64,000 bases of DNA from Macrostomum lignano (GCA_002269645.1 NIVC01000163.1:186001-250000); one strand, 5' to 3'; counted from the stretch's first letter, positions 12,812 to 37,981 are shown. Made by a program: numbers and translations. The notes: generated by a model not told the origin, from the sequence alone.

Positions 12812-13664
12812 TGCTGAATTATGCACGGGGTTCCAAACTCAGCGGTCTAAGCGGCTGCAACCCCCAGACTAAAGCTGCTCCTCTTGAGCCTTCTGACCGC
12901 CGCTATTCTAGCTTATCTATTTATTGTCTCAAGGACTGTGGGAGGGTGGTTCTTGGGGGGATTAATTTTTAACGAGTTGTAGGGAGGGGAAGTGGTGGAG
13001 TGAGGATAGCGGCGACGCCCAAAATAAGGGTAAGAAAAGGCTCAATAGGGTAGCGCCGCTCAGAGTAGTGCGAGTAGGGAGAGCGCAGAGAATTCTCCCG
13101 AGCGTGTTACAGCTCTAGAATGCGCGCTTGCGCGTGCGTGCTACTTGAACAAGGGGTTGGCGCAGCATGGCCTGTCAGAAAATACAGGGCCAGTTTTATT
13201 TCTGCATTCCTTCTCTTTCTCTCTAGTGTTTCTATCCTTCTCTCCTCTCCCTTCTTCTCCCTGTCTCCCTCAAATCTGCTATGCAAAGCTAAGCTAGAGG
13301 CCAAGGTTCCCAACCAGAATGAGAAGAGACCTAATCCCAAACAGTGTTTGAGCAAACTAAACCAAACCGTGAGGAGAGGCGCGCCGAGAACTTTGAAATC
13401 CAGGATTTTTTGCGTCTTGTACTGGCTCGTACTGTGTTTTAGCGAATCAATGAGATTAATCGTGGAATCGGAACTTATTTGTTTTAATAAAGTTTACAAT
13501 TAATATTATACTATCGACAACTATCAAAATTAATTACTTTTTGAGTGTTTTTTGATTTGCTGATGAACCCGATTCAACTAATTTTACGTGTTTCCTTAAA
13601 CTTCCAGCAAGTTTCAAGTCGCTCTAGCATTTGAAGACAATTTAAACTCAGTCAAACAGGATGT

Positions 13665-14105
13665 TGACTTACTTGACTTAGCTGCAGGGGGCTCCGTGCA
13701 TCCGGATGCAGCGAGGAGGCGTTGCCGCCCATTCCGCTAACCCTTGGCGACCACGGGCAGCTGGTGCTGCGGTGTCACGCAGGGAGTTCCGATGGTGCCG
13801 GTGTCCGCAGCGCGGTCCCCCTCCGGAGAGTCCAGAAGGTGGATGGTCGCTCGCATGGTAGACCTTAGGTAGCGGACGAGCTGGCAGAGATTCTCGGGCC
13901 TGAAAACTGTCCTGAGTAAAGGCGGGGCATTCACAGATGAAGTGCTCCGCATTCTCGACACCGGAGAGGCAGAAGGGATATTCCTCGCTACGGATTTTTC
14001 TCCCATGGTAAAACAGCCATGACCCGAGAGGGCCATGGTCACTGCCCTGATGTCCCTGCGGTTGAGTCCAAGCAGGGCCCTGCGCAGGGCGGGAAACGGG
14101 ATGTT
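13665..14105 (-). mobile_element. Decayed, 5'-truncated non-LTR retrotransposon 3' end (LOA/I/R1-like ORF2 C-terminus)
   Basis: The minus strand gives [29 protein letters not shown], then after a frameshift [23 protein letters not shown] (C-terminal zinc-knuckle region with the EHFxCECP signature), then [12 protein letters not shown] terminal hairpin (GCTGCA...TGCAGC, 13681-13712) and a short repeat tail (TAAGTCAAGTAAGTC) follow. Confidence 0.7.
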
Positions 14106-14859
14106 TTCACATTTTCAGGTCTCGAAATTCTTAACATAAAAAATGTATCCGATCGCTCCAGATTTTGCGTCGAGGATCTCCTTGACTCAATATTCGACTC
14201 TCCCCTCTTTTTCTCCCCCACTCAAACCAACTTTTCGGCTCTTTCTTCCCCTGGAAGCTTAACGACCCTGGCGTTTCTATTGCTGTACAAAATGAGCTCT
14301 TTCCAACGTGCAAATTTCCTGTTCATTTCCCTCTAACACAGACGATTCCCCAGCCCAGAACGACCAGAAAAGAGACTCAAAACGAACTGCGTTGTCTGTA
14401 AAATTCGCCGTTCGATTAGAAGTGCTTTCTGGAAAGCTGATATCCAACTCTGTAGCTCTGTAGTGGGAGAAGGTTATGAAAACTATGCGGGACAGCTCTC
14501 GCCCACTCATGCATGACTCTCGCTCACTCAGTCTACTGTCCACTGTGCTAATAATGTATTCCTAGCGCAAGGCTAGGGGAGTTTTAGAATTAGAAAGATA
14601 GAGAGAAATGTGTATTCGCTGTTGTCATAGCAATTCCACGTATAGCCCACACCTGCCTGTGTAAATCTCCTGATTATTTTTTAGGTTGGTTAGGTGCATA
14701 AAATCTTCACATCAGTGTCTTACTCATTCGAGTGAAACTTTCTTGCTTCCAAGTTGTAAAGTACTTTTTTGAACTGATCTATGATATACTTCTATATTTA
14801 GCTTTTTTTCATTTCAATTCTGCGATGACTTTGATGACTTTGGGCTTTGATTTCCTTAA

Positions 14860-15045
14860 TGTGGTGATCAATTTCTTAAATATGGTCATCGATTTCTCTA
14901 ATGTGGTAATCGATTTCTCTAATGCGGTCATTGCAATTGATTTCTCTAATGTGATCATCGATTACTCCAATGTGGTCAGCGATTTCTCTAATGTGGTCAT
15001 CGATTTCTTTAATTTGGTCATTGATTTTGCTTGCTTTCATCGATT
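14860..15045. repeat. Degenerate 21-bp repeat (GATTTCTCTAATGTGGTCATC)
   Basis: About 8 diverged copies. Confidence 0.7.
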
Positions 15046-15683
15046 TTAAAAACTTTTACTTCACTTTATTTATGAATATTTGCGGAAAATTTGCCTAGTC
15101 AAAATCACTGGGAACGTACCTATGAAATTCCTCACATGATTATTGTTTTATTTACCTTATAGGACTTTTCTAATCCAGTTAAGTAAGTCGGCTAGCTATA
15201 GAACAAAACTGGCTTTGAAAGAAATGCAATGCAGATTCAACCCACGCAATAAAGAAGCTGGTGAGAGAATGAAAAACGAGAGCTTTATTATCTTAGCTTT
15301 GCCTCTATGCCAGCCTTGTACACTGCCCGAGAGTGGGAAGGTCTAACCATCCAGGATAGACCAAGCCTCCCCCTGAGTACAGCCACATGTACACACCGAC
15401 TGTCTTCCTCTGGGATGCTCATTCCCCAACCCCCAGCTCAACCCTCCTGCTCTCTTTCTCTCCAGCCTAACCATCCTTCAGCTGCCCCTCACCCCATCAC
15501 CAATGTCTCTTGCCAACACTGAATCCCCCACTCCCTTCCTTCTACTCTCTACCCCAGCTCTTCTAAAAGCCCTCTCTCCCAGCAAGACAAGAAATATCGA
15601 TTTGCAACATTGAAAAGCGACAATACGCTTGTTTCTGCTTTTGCTTTTGGCCCAAACCAAACTCCGGTGGAGCATTCCAGGAA

Positions 15684-17580
15684 ATGCTACTGCTGCTCAA
15701 CTACCGGCACAACAAGATGAAGCGGGAGGCTGAACTCGAGCGCGAAGAAAAAGAACGCCAGGAACGGCGCAAGCGACGCAAGGAGGAGAAAAAGCAGAAA
15801 TCGCAGAAGCAGCCGCCAACGTCCATCAGCGGCGAGGATAAACCAAAGCGTCGGAAAACTTCGTCGGCTGACCCGACTGCTGTCGCCAAGAAGCGACGAC
15901 GCCGATTTGAAATACCACCGGAGAAAAAATGGGAAGCCTATACGATATTCTTCATCGGATTCTGCATTCCGGCCATCTACGGCCTGTTTAACGTCTGCAA
16001 TGCCATCTATCACCGAGCTCTGCTGCCGGTTGGGAACCAATCAGAGGCGTCCTACCGTCTGGCGGAGTACGTTCACGCTGCCACACTGCCAGCAGACATC
16101 GACGCGAGACTGTCGGCTGGAATCGAACGACGTAAGGGCCTCAGTTTGGAGGAGTTCTATCGAGACTACGACGCGAAATGGCCTGTCCTGATTGCCGACT
16201 GTGTGCCGGAGTGGCCGGCTGCTCAACTATGGAATGAGGAGTTTTTCAACGCGCGCTACGGATCAGCTCGGGTCACAATGTCCGCCGTGTCGGGCCGGTT
16301 GGACAATGCCCAGCAACTGGCCCTGCCGTTTGGAATGTTTATTAGTCACCTTAATCAGTCTAGTCCGACGTCATGGACTTATCTGCAGGTGAGTGCGTAC
16401 AGATCAGGGTTTGTCTGTAGTGATCGGAAGAGTTAGTACGATCTAAAAGATCAAACGTGGGTTTTGGGATTAACTATAGGATTTTAGACTTAATTGTAGG
16501 ATCTTGAGATCAACTGTGGGATCCTTAAAGCCAAACTGCGGGAACTTGAGATAAACTGTAGGATCTTTAGATCAACTATGGAGCTTTAAGATCAACTGTG
16601 GGGTTTCGAGACCAACTGTGAAGTTTTGGGATCAACCGTGGGATCTTGAGATCGCTATGGGGTCTTGCAATCAACTTTGGGTTCCTTGAGATCAACTTTG
16701 GGGTCTTGAGATCAACTTTGGGATCTTGAGATAAACTGTGCGATCTTCAGCTTAACTGAGATCTTGGGACAATTACGTGTAGATATGGTATCGGAATCTA
16801 TCTGGATCTTGCACATTGAACTCCAAAAGGAAATATAGCTCGTAATATCAGATAATGAATCTACCGCACCAACGTCAGGACGAGCTGTTCCTGCCCACCC
16901 GGCCGGAGCTGCTGGCACAAGTGGGCACCTGCGCGCCGCTACGCGAGGACTTCTTCAGCCTTTATCCGGAGACCGCCAGACCTTGGTGGGCTTTCCTGCT
17001 CTGGGGCACTCGCTATTCGCGCTCCCAGCTGCATATCGACCCCTACAACTGGACTGGAACCAACGCTGTACTGCGAGGCCGGAAACGCTGGAAATTGTAT
17101 CCGCCAGGCCAGGACCACCTGCTCTATCCTAGAGGAGTGTACACCGGAAAATATCCTCTGCGATCAAGAAAGTACAATAGCTATGCGGATGCTTTCGATC
17201 CTCAAGCCGCCGATCGATTTCCCCTGTTGGCCCAAGCCAAATACCTGGAATTTGTTCAACAGCCGGGAGAACTGCTCATTATACCCACCGGCTGGTTTCA
17301 TCAGGCCTTCAATGAGGAACCGACTCTAGCGATCTCTGGTCAACTCATGAACCGAGGCAACTACCGTGCTGTGCTAGAAGAGTTAGCTAAAGCTGGCAAT
17401 TTTCCTCGAGATGGCTATCCGGCTAATTTTGAAAGCTTGTCACCTGCAAAGCAGACTCAAGAGTGTTTGGCTCGACTGTATCCATCGGCTATGGCCGAAG
17501 CCGCCGCTACAACTAAGGATGTTCTGGATCAAGTAGAACGAGAAGGCAGACAGTACGAGTCTGGCAAAGCTGAGCTCTGA
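15684..17580 (+). CDS. JmjC-domain 2-oxoglutarate/Fe(II) oxygenase (JMJD6/JMJD4/JMJD8-like) with predicted TM helix, ~468 aa
   Basis: Exons 15684-16388 (CAG|GTGAGT) and 16879-17580 (TCAG|GAC) join in phase 0 as YLQ|DELF. JmjC motifs: PVLIADCVPEWPA, SQLHIDPYNWTGTNAVLRGRKRWKLYPP (HxD) and FVQQPGELLIIPTGWFHQAFN (distal His). Stop TGA at 17578-17580. The start codon is uncertain because an acceptor-like CAG at 15678-15680 precedes it. Confidence 0.85.
16455..16790. repeat. Degenerate ~20-bp repeat (GGGATCTTGAGATCAACTGT) filling the JmjC intron
   Basis: Recurrent GATCAACT units. Confidence 0.75.
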
Positions 17581-17899
17581 TTATGAGGAATACTTAAAGA
17601 GACCAATTCAGCTATTCAGAACAACCACTCAGAACAAGCCAAGTCAGCGATTGTTTTGGCCAAAAAATAGTTTTTTAAGCCAAAAAATAATTTGGGAGTT
17701 ACAAACGAGTATAAAGTCTCACGAATCGGCACTCATATCTAATATCCAGCGATTGGGGTTTCAATATGCAGGTAAAGGGAAGAAAGTTAGCCATAAAATA
17801 GCCGTGTACAAGTGTACATGTATGTTAATGAAGAGCCGCAGGGACAGGAAAAGGCGGGGTAGGGGCTTGAAGGCCGACCAAAAAATCGATAAACCTCAT

Positions 17900-18500
17900 G
17901 GGACGCTTTCATAAGACCTAAATTTCACAACGCCTAAAACCACCACACTTCACATCGCCTAAATTTCATATCACCTAAATTTCATAACGCCTAAAATCAA
18001 AAGTGCATCCTACTTCACATCGCCTAAATTTCATATCGCCTAAATTTCACAACGCCTAAAACCGAAAATGCAGCATCCTTCACATCGCCTAAATTTCATA
18101 TCGCCTAAATTTCACAACGCCTAAAATCTTTGCTTCTCTCCTTCACATTCAGTTTTAGGTGTTGTGAAATTTAGGCGATATGAAGTTTAGGCGATATGAA
18201 AGAGCATGCAGATTTTTAGGCGTTGTGAAATTTAGGCGATATGAAATTTAGGCGATGTGAAGTAGGATGCATTTTCGGTTTTAGGCGTTATGAAATTTAG
18301 GCGATGTGAAATTTAGGCGATGTGAAGGAGCGTGCAGAAATTTTAGGCGTTGTGAAATTTAGGCGATGTGAAATTTAGGCGTTGTGAAGGAGGCTGCATT
18401 TTCGATTTTAGGCGTTGTGAAATTTAGGCGTTATGAAATTTAGGTGATGTGAAATCATGTGCTTTAGGCGTTGTGAAATTTAGGTCTTATGAAGCGCCCC
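17900..18500. mobile_element. Non-autonomous foldback/MITE-like DNA transposon, 601 bp, 8-bp TSD
   Basis: The left end GGGACGCTTTCATAAGACCTAAATTTCACAACGCCTAAA is the reverse complement of the right end, with 1 mismatch and 1 indel over ~40 bp. The arms are built from ~15-bp subrepeats (CCTAAATTTCAYAWCG) that invert around ~18126-18152. AACCTCAT is duplicated at 17892-17899 and 18501-18508. Confidence 0.85.
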
Positions 18501-19751
18501 CAACCTCATTCCAACCCACACGCATAAGGCAGAGAGAGATTTGGAGATAATCAGAGGGCTAGAGCGTGGGGTTGGGGGTTAGAGGGTCGGCCAGAAAATC
18601 ATTAAACCTCACCCACCCACCACCCAGGCGGGCAGAGCTATCATATAATCTGAGGCTAGAGCGGGGCTAGAAAAAGTGGGGCTGGGGTTGAGAGAAAATC
18701 GATAAAGTTCAACTACCACCCCACACGGGCAGACAGAGACTCAAACCCAGTTGGGCTAAGGGAAAACCAGAAAAAATCTTTCGCAAAATCATAGTGAAAT
18801 TCAGTCAAAACATGCTTAACAAAATCTGCGTTTCAATTTTTGCCATCCATTTTATCATTCGCTTTTACTAACTTTTAAACAATAAATTTACTATCGAAAT
18901 TTTCCCCGCCTGATACTAACGAATCCTAACAATTTTTTTTTCAATTATACTTGTGTATAACTGTGTTTGAGTGTTACATAGATTGTAAAGAACAGGACAA
19001 ATTTGTCCATTTTTACCTTCACTAATTCAGTGTTTCATGGTCCTTTTAAGCACATTTCCATTACATTTACAATTAAAGTTACAACTAAACGCAAATAAAA
19101 GCGTAGCAATTTTATTCTTGCTTTATTTTCATTGCTGCTGCTTTTTGGCCAAATCTTTCTACAGTACATCATCTCGCTAGCTTTTTTTGTCTTCTGTACG
19201 TGCCTTGTTTTTATATTGCAACCGCAATCGATCAATTACTCTGAAAAAATACAGCAAACCTTTCATTTCATTATCATTGTTACATGGTGCGTGTCCACCA
19301 GTTCACTAGTTCACCGACTTCTTCACCAGTGAATTTTTAAGTGAGTCAGTGTCTCACTGAGAGACTCCCACCAGTGTCATTCCGAGTGAGTCATTGACAC
19401 TCCAACTAATTCGATAGCCTTTTTTGGGTGAGTCTAAATGTTTCTGTAAGAGCCCTCACCCATTTCAAGAAAAAATTCTGTTGGTTGTTTATTGTAATTT
19501 CGTAAAAAATTACACAACCACAAGCTCATCGAATTAACTAAAATTTCGCCTCGCCTCTCAAATACATGTATTACCCACTCAGAAATAAATCCGGAAAATC
19601 GCGTTAATCACGATTGCGAATACGCCTGAGATTCTATTTTTGGCGTATATTTGAATTCCACGCCTGCTGGATTGCTAAGACAGAAATCCCTCTCCGCGAA
19701 TCCCATTCCAAGATAGGCTTATTCAAAGCAACTAGAAGTTAGTAACTAAGC

Positions 19752-33300
<13,549 letters not shown>

Positions 33301-34195
33301 ATGAACTGGCTTCACTGGGCATCTGTTTGAAACAATATTGGTGTCGTTTTTGCACACTTTACACCGATTAGCTTCACATACATTCATTCATAGCGTTTAT
33401 CTGCGTTTTGAAGGCTTGAAGAGTGCAGTATTGAAGGGGGAGTGCTTCGAGTTAAGCTGAATTGACCGCGGTTAGATACTATGTGTGTGTGCTGTATGTG
33501 CTCAAGAGTCCGCGGAGTGGGGCAGAATTGCCTCAGCGCTGGTGTGTCACAATGTCGACGAAGACATTGCACCCGGGTGCCCACCGCCCGAATTAACATT
33601 ACTATAATTAAGCAGTCGCTTTAAGCTGCTATGTTAGCTGCCGTAGATATACAAGATAGGAGCTGCGATCCCTCACATGGCGAGCACTGTACGACCTGGA
33701 ATATATCAGGTCTGCTTATCGGTACTTAAAGTAGAGTAGTTTGCATGTTGTCGTATTTTCGTCGTTTTCCCGATAAGAAACAGTAGCTAGTTGAAGTAAT
33801 TTTAGTGTCTCGTATATATTTGTTTATTAGAAGAAGTTGCAACTTTTGTATTTTTATCAATCGTTGTGTCTACAGCTGTAATTGACAGTTGCAGTAGAAG
33901 GATTTTCTTAGAAATGAGACTGAAGCCTGTAAGAAATGTCATATTTGTCTTGTCGCTGGTGTACTATATTTAGTATTCTCTAATAGAGAACGCATAGCTC
34001 TGACCAGGGTTTTGCCATAGACGATTTCAGTGAGAAAAAATCTGATAGTTGGTTTTTCTTGCTTAAATATGTCTATGACCACTCGTGCGTGAAGGACATC
34101 GCGTGCACTTGTGACCGTGCAGGAATCATTCATTTGTAAGAAAATCCACGGCTGAAGCATGATGCTTGTACTGCAACTGTCTATGCAGACTTTAA

Positions 34196-34821
34196 TATAC
34201 CTTTTTGTGATCTAGTTTGCCAAAACTGCAATCAATTTTGCCAAAACTGCGACCTTAGTTTGCTCATAGCAAAGAAAACACCACAGACGTACATAGCAAG
34301 ATCAAAGAATGGCCCAGCGTGGACCTTATAACAGGATTTCAGCGAAGGACCGGCAGCGATTGATTCAAGCATATCAGGATGGAGAGGACTGGCAAGATTT
34401 CGGTAGGCTGTTGGGCATCTCACGAAGAACCGTGACTTACATAGTTGGATAATTCAACGCAACCGGTCGTATAGAGCCTCTGCCTCGCGGAGGTGCCAAG
34501 CGGAGGTCCCTTAACAATGCTATGATTGATGAGCATTTGTGCCTACGTCTGCCATTATAAACTCGCTGTTTATTGTTCACTGTTACAGTTTATTTCGTCA
34601 CACTTCCGAATTGATTCTCAATAAAAATTCTTCTTGGCTTGCTATGGGCAAACTAAGGTCGCAGTTTTGGCAAAATTGATTGCAGTTTTCAAAGAGTTGT
34701 CTGTGGCTGAAACTCTGGTCCTGACTGAGCAGACTTGGCATGGACAGCAAAATTATAAGTGATATTTTTCCGCGGGCAAAATTGATTGCAGCTTTGACAG
34801 ACTAGATCGCAAAAGGGTATA
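34196..34821 (+). mobile_element. Internally deleted IS630/Tc1/mariner DNA transposon
   Basis: TA-flanked terminal inverted repeats: TATACCTTTTTGTGATCTAGTTTGCCAAAACTGCAATCAATTTTGC on the left versus GCAAAATTGATTGCAGCTTTGACAGACTAGATCGCAAAAGGGTATA on the right. An inner inverted repeat pairs ~34223-34271 with ~34640-34689. A transposase N-terminal remnant lies inside. Confidence 0.85.
34309..34560 (+). pseudogene. Transposase N-terminal HTH remnant with premature stop
   Basis: MAQRGPYNRISAKDRQRLIQAYQDGEDWQDFGRLLGISRRTVTYIVG*FNATGRIEPLPRGGAKRRSL. This is an HTH followed by the G-x-x-x-P-x-P-R-G-G linker typical of IS630/Tc1 transposases. In-frame TAA at 34450-34452; no DDE domain is present. 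Confidence 0.72.
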
Positions 34822-35276
34822 CTAATTAATGTTGTTTTCATTTCGAAGTAGATGAACCTCAATATTTACTAGTCTTGTTCTTTGTACTTATGTATTCCCA
34901 ATAGCTGTTAAAACACTTGCATCATAGAAGATTAGTTTATTCTTGTTGGGTAATTATTCACGCCGGCAACTCTTTAAAAATATATCATAATGTGTATTTT
35001 TTATTAATTTGATCAATCTTTACTTTCAATTACAGAGTTATCTTTCTTTTTTGCTTATAATCAATAATTGAGACTTACCTTATTAAAAGTTACTTGTCAT
35101 AAACAATATTACCGATAAACTTAGAAACTTTACTATTTGTGTATATTCTGTAGTTACTCGTAGGAACTGTTTTTGAAAAAAAATAAAAATCAAGATCTCT
35201 TATAGTATTCATAGTAGCGTGGGATTTTGAAAATGATAAATAGCAGGAAACGTCAATGGAGTGTGATGGTGGGTAA

Positions 35277-35645
35277 TGCTGAGGAATCAGGGAGGCTGAT
35301 GAGGAATCAGGGAGGCTGATGAGGAATCGGGGATACTGATGAGGAATCAGGGAGGCTGATGAGGAATCAGGGAAGCTGATGAGGAATCAGGGAGGCTGAT
35401 GAGGAGTCAGGGAGGCTGATGAGGAATCAGGGAGGCTGATGAGGAGTCAGGGAGGCTGAAGAGGAATCGGGATACTGATGAGGAATCAGGGAGGCTGATA
35501 AGGAATCAGGGAGGCTGATGAGGAATCAGGGAGGCTGATGAGGAGTCAGGGAGACTGATGAGGAATCAGGGTGGCTGATGAGGAATCAGGGAGGCTGATG
35601 AGGAATCAGGGAGGCTGATGAGGAGTCAGGGAGGCTGATGAGGTG
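35277..35645. repeat. 20-bp minisatellite (GATGAGGAATCAGGGAGGCT)n
   Basis: Direct reading. Confidence 0.95.
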
Positions 35646-36542
35646 TGACGGAAGGCGATGACGTGTATAAAAGCTTGAATATTAATGCCGGCAATGGAGC
35701 AAGATCAAGCGACACTTTTAGTTTCAAAAACAAACCAAGCTCAGTCTCCAGCTTGCATAACACATCGCAGCTGAACTAACTGTCAAGAATCAAGGATGCA
35801 AGTTGTCAGAACCAACCCTAATAGAAACAGCTGGAGCCGGGGCACTCAGCTCATCCGCGGAGCTGTGGCGGCCATAACCCAGCCTAATTGAATATCCTCT
35901 TCGCGCAATCATCCAGAATCCTTAATAGCCCCTTGGCAACGCGTGTTGATGAAGTATTAAATAAATTTTGCAAAGAAAAAATCGCTTTAAAAGGCCATTA
36001 TCAGCTCAGCCTGTGTTGCCAACGCTGGATGGCCCGTGAGATGAGAGGCGAGAAATGACTTTTTAACTAAATGCTGTTTCACATGGCGGCTCCCTCCGCT
36101 GCGTCCCAGCATCCCCGTCCCCATCAGCCTGGTTCCCCCCGCCCCCGATCAATGCTAACCAGTTTATCTCTCTGTGGCCGGCAATTTTCATTTTTAACGT
36201 GTCATTCGAGATTACATCGAAATGGCTGGCGGCGCTTGGCTGAAGAAACGGTTTTATAATTTCATTATTGGAAAGAGGGTTTTGGGGGGGGGGCGGCCCT
36301 GCACCCTGTTACTATAATATACCGCTCATCTTCTTAACACTGATTATTCTCTTCTACCCCACGGTCATGGCCAAGGACCCTTGGAACTGGAGCATTGGAC
36401 TGGGCGGGAAAATGTCCTAAATTTGTAAATTGAAAAGGGGCTCCGTTCCGAATGAAATTTTGGCAGAACCTTTTTGATGAAATGTAATAAAGTTACCAAT
36501 AGAGGTTCTGGAAAGTGTCCAAGTGTTTTTGACATGCGGTGT

Positions 36543-37567
36543 TGAGGTGTCAAGATAGGATAGAGATGTCAGGGGCGGAATCGAGGTGTCAGGGGCGGAA
36601 TCGAGGTGTCAGGGGCGGAATCCAGGTGTCAGGGGCGGAATCGAGGTGTCAGGGGCGGAATCGAGGTGTCAGGGGCGGAATCGAGGTGTCAGGGGCGGAA
36701 TCGAGGTGTCAGGGGCGGAATCGAGGTGTCAGGGGCGGAATCGAGGTGTCAGGGGCGGAATCGAGGTGTCAGGGGCGGAATCGAGGTGTCAGGGGCGGAA
36801 TCGAGGTGTCAGGGGCGGAATCGAGGTGTCAGGGGCGGAATCGAGGTGTCAGGGGCGGAATCGAGGTGTCAGGGGCGGAATCGAGGTGTCAAGATAGGAT
36901 AGAGATGTCAGGGGCGGAATCGAGGTGTCAGGGGCGGACTCGAGGTGTCAGGGGCGGAATCGAGGTGTCAGGGGCGGAATCGAGGTGTCAGGGGCGGAAT
37001 CGAGGTGTCAAGATAGGATAGAGATGTCAGGAATAAAATCGAGGTGTCAGGGGCGGAATCGAGGTGTCAAGATAGGATAGAGATGTCAGGGGCGGAATAG
37101 AGGTGTCAGGGGCGGAATCGAGGTGTCAGGGGCGGAATCGAGGTGTCAGGGGCGGAATCGAGGTGTCAAGATAGGATAGAGATGTCAGGAATAAAATCGA
37201 GCTGTCAGGGGCGGAATCGAGGTGTCAAGATAGGATAGAGATGTCAGGGGCGGAATCGAGGTGTCAGGGGCGGACTCGAGGTGTCAGGGGCGGAATCGAG
37301 GTGTCAGGGGCGGAATCGAGGTGTCAGGGGCGGAATCGAGGTGTCAGGGGCGGAATCGAGGTGTCAGGGGCGGAATCGAGGTGTCAGGGGCGGAATCGAG
37401 GTGTCAAGAAAGGATAGAGACGTCAGGAATAGAATCGAGGTGTCAGGGGCGGAATCGAGGTGTCAGGGGCGGAATCGAGATGTCAGGGGCGGAATCGAGG
37501 TGTCAGGAACAAAATCCAAGTGTCAGGAATGGAATTCAGATGTCAGGAACAAAATCGAGGTGTCAGA
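36543..37567. repeat. 20-bp minisatellite (GAGGTGTCAGGGGCGGAATC)n with interspersed AAGATAGGATAGAGATGTC variants
   Basis: Direct reading. Confidence 0.96.
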
Positions 37568-37981
37568 AGGTGTATTTTTTGCATAAACTACTTTATCCCT
37601 CCAGTGGGGGCTTCCAGTCCGCGAAGGAGATCTCCGAGGGGTCCCTGGCCAATGGCTTATAGCCCCCAACCCTAGGGCGGTCATTCAGTTAATCTCCCCA
37701 AGCTCTCCGCCTCCATCTTAATGTTGATGCGGGCCCAGGCCTCAGATCGTTCAATTCACTCAAATTCAATGGAGAGTTAATTTCTCACCCATAAGCTGCC
37801 GCTTGCCCGCCACGTCAAATTCTATCTGTTCTGTAAAAGATGCTTCGAGAGCTATTAAATTGCTTTTGGTAATCCATCATTGAATGACAATTCGATTGAT
37901 GCTGGATTATGGACTGCACGTCTGCTTTTCTCTTGAACTTCATCTCATTATCTTTGATCATTTCTTTAATGTTTTCTTGTG

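Noticed and set aside
13107-13503. ORFs upstream of delphilin (127 aa on plus, 82 aa on minus)
   Set aside because: CT-rich promoter-like sequence with no start context or domain; more likely the delphilin promoter/5' region.
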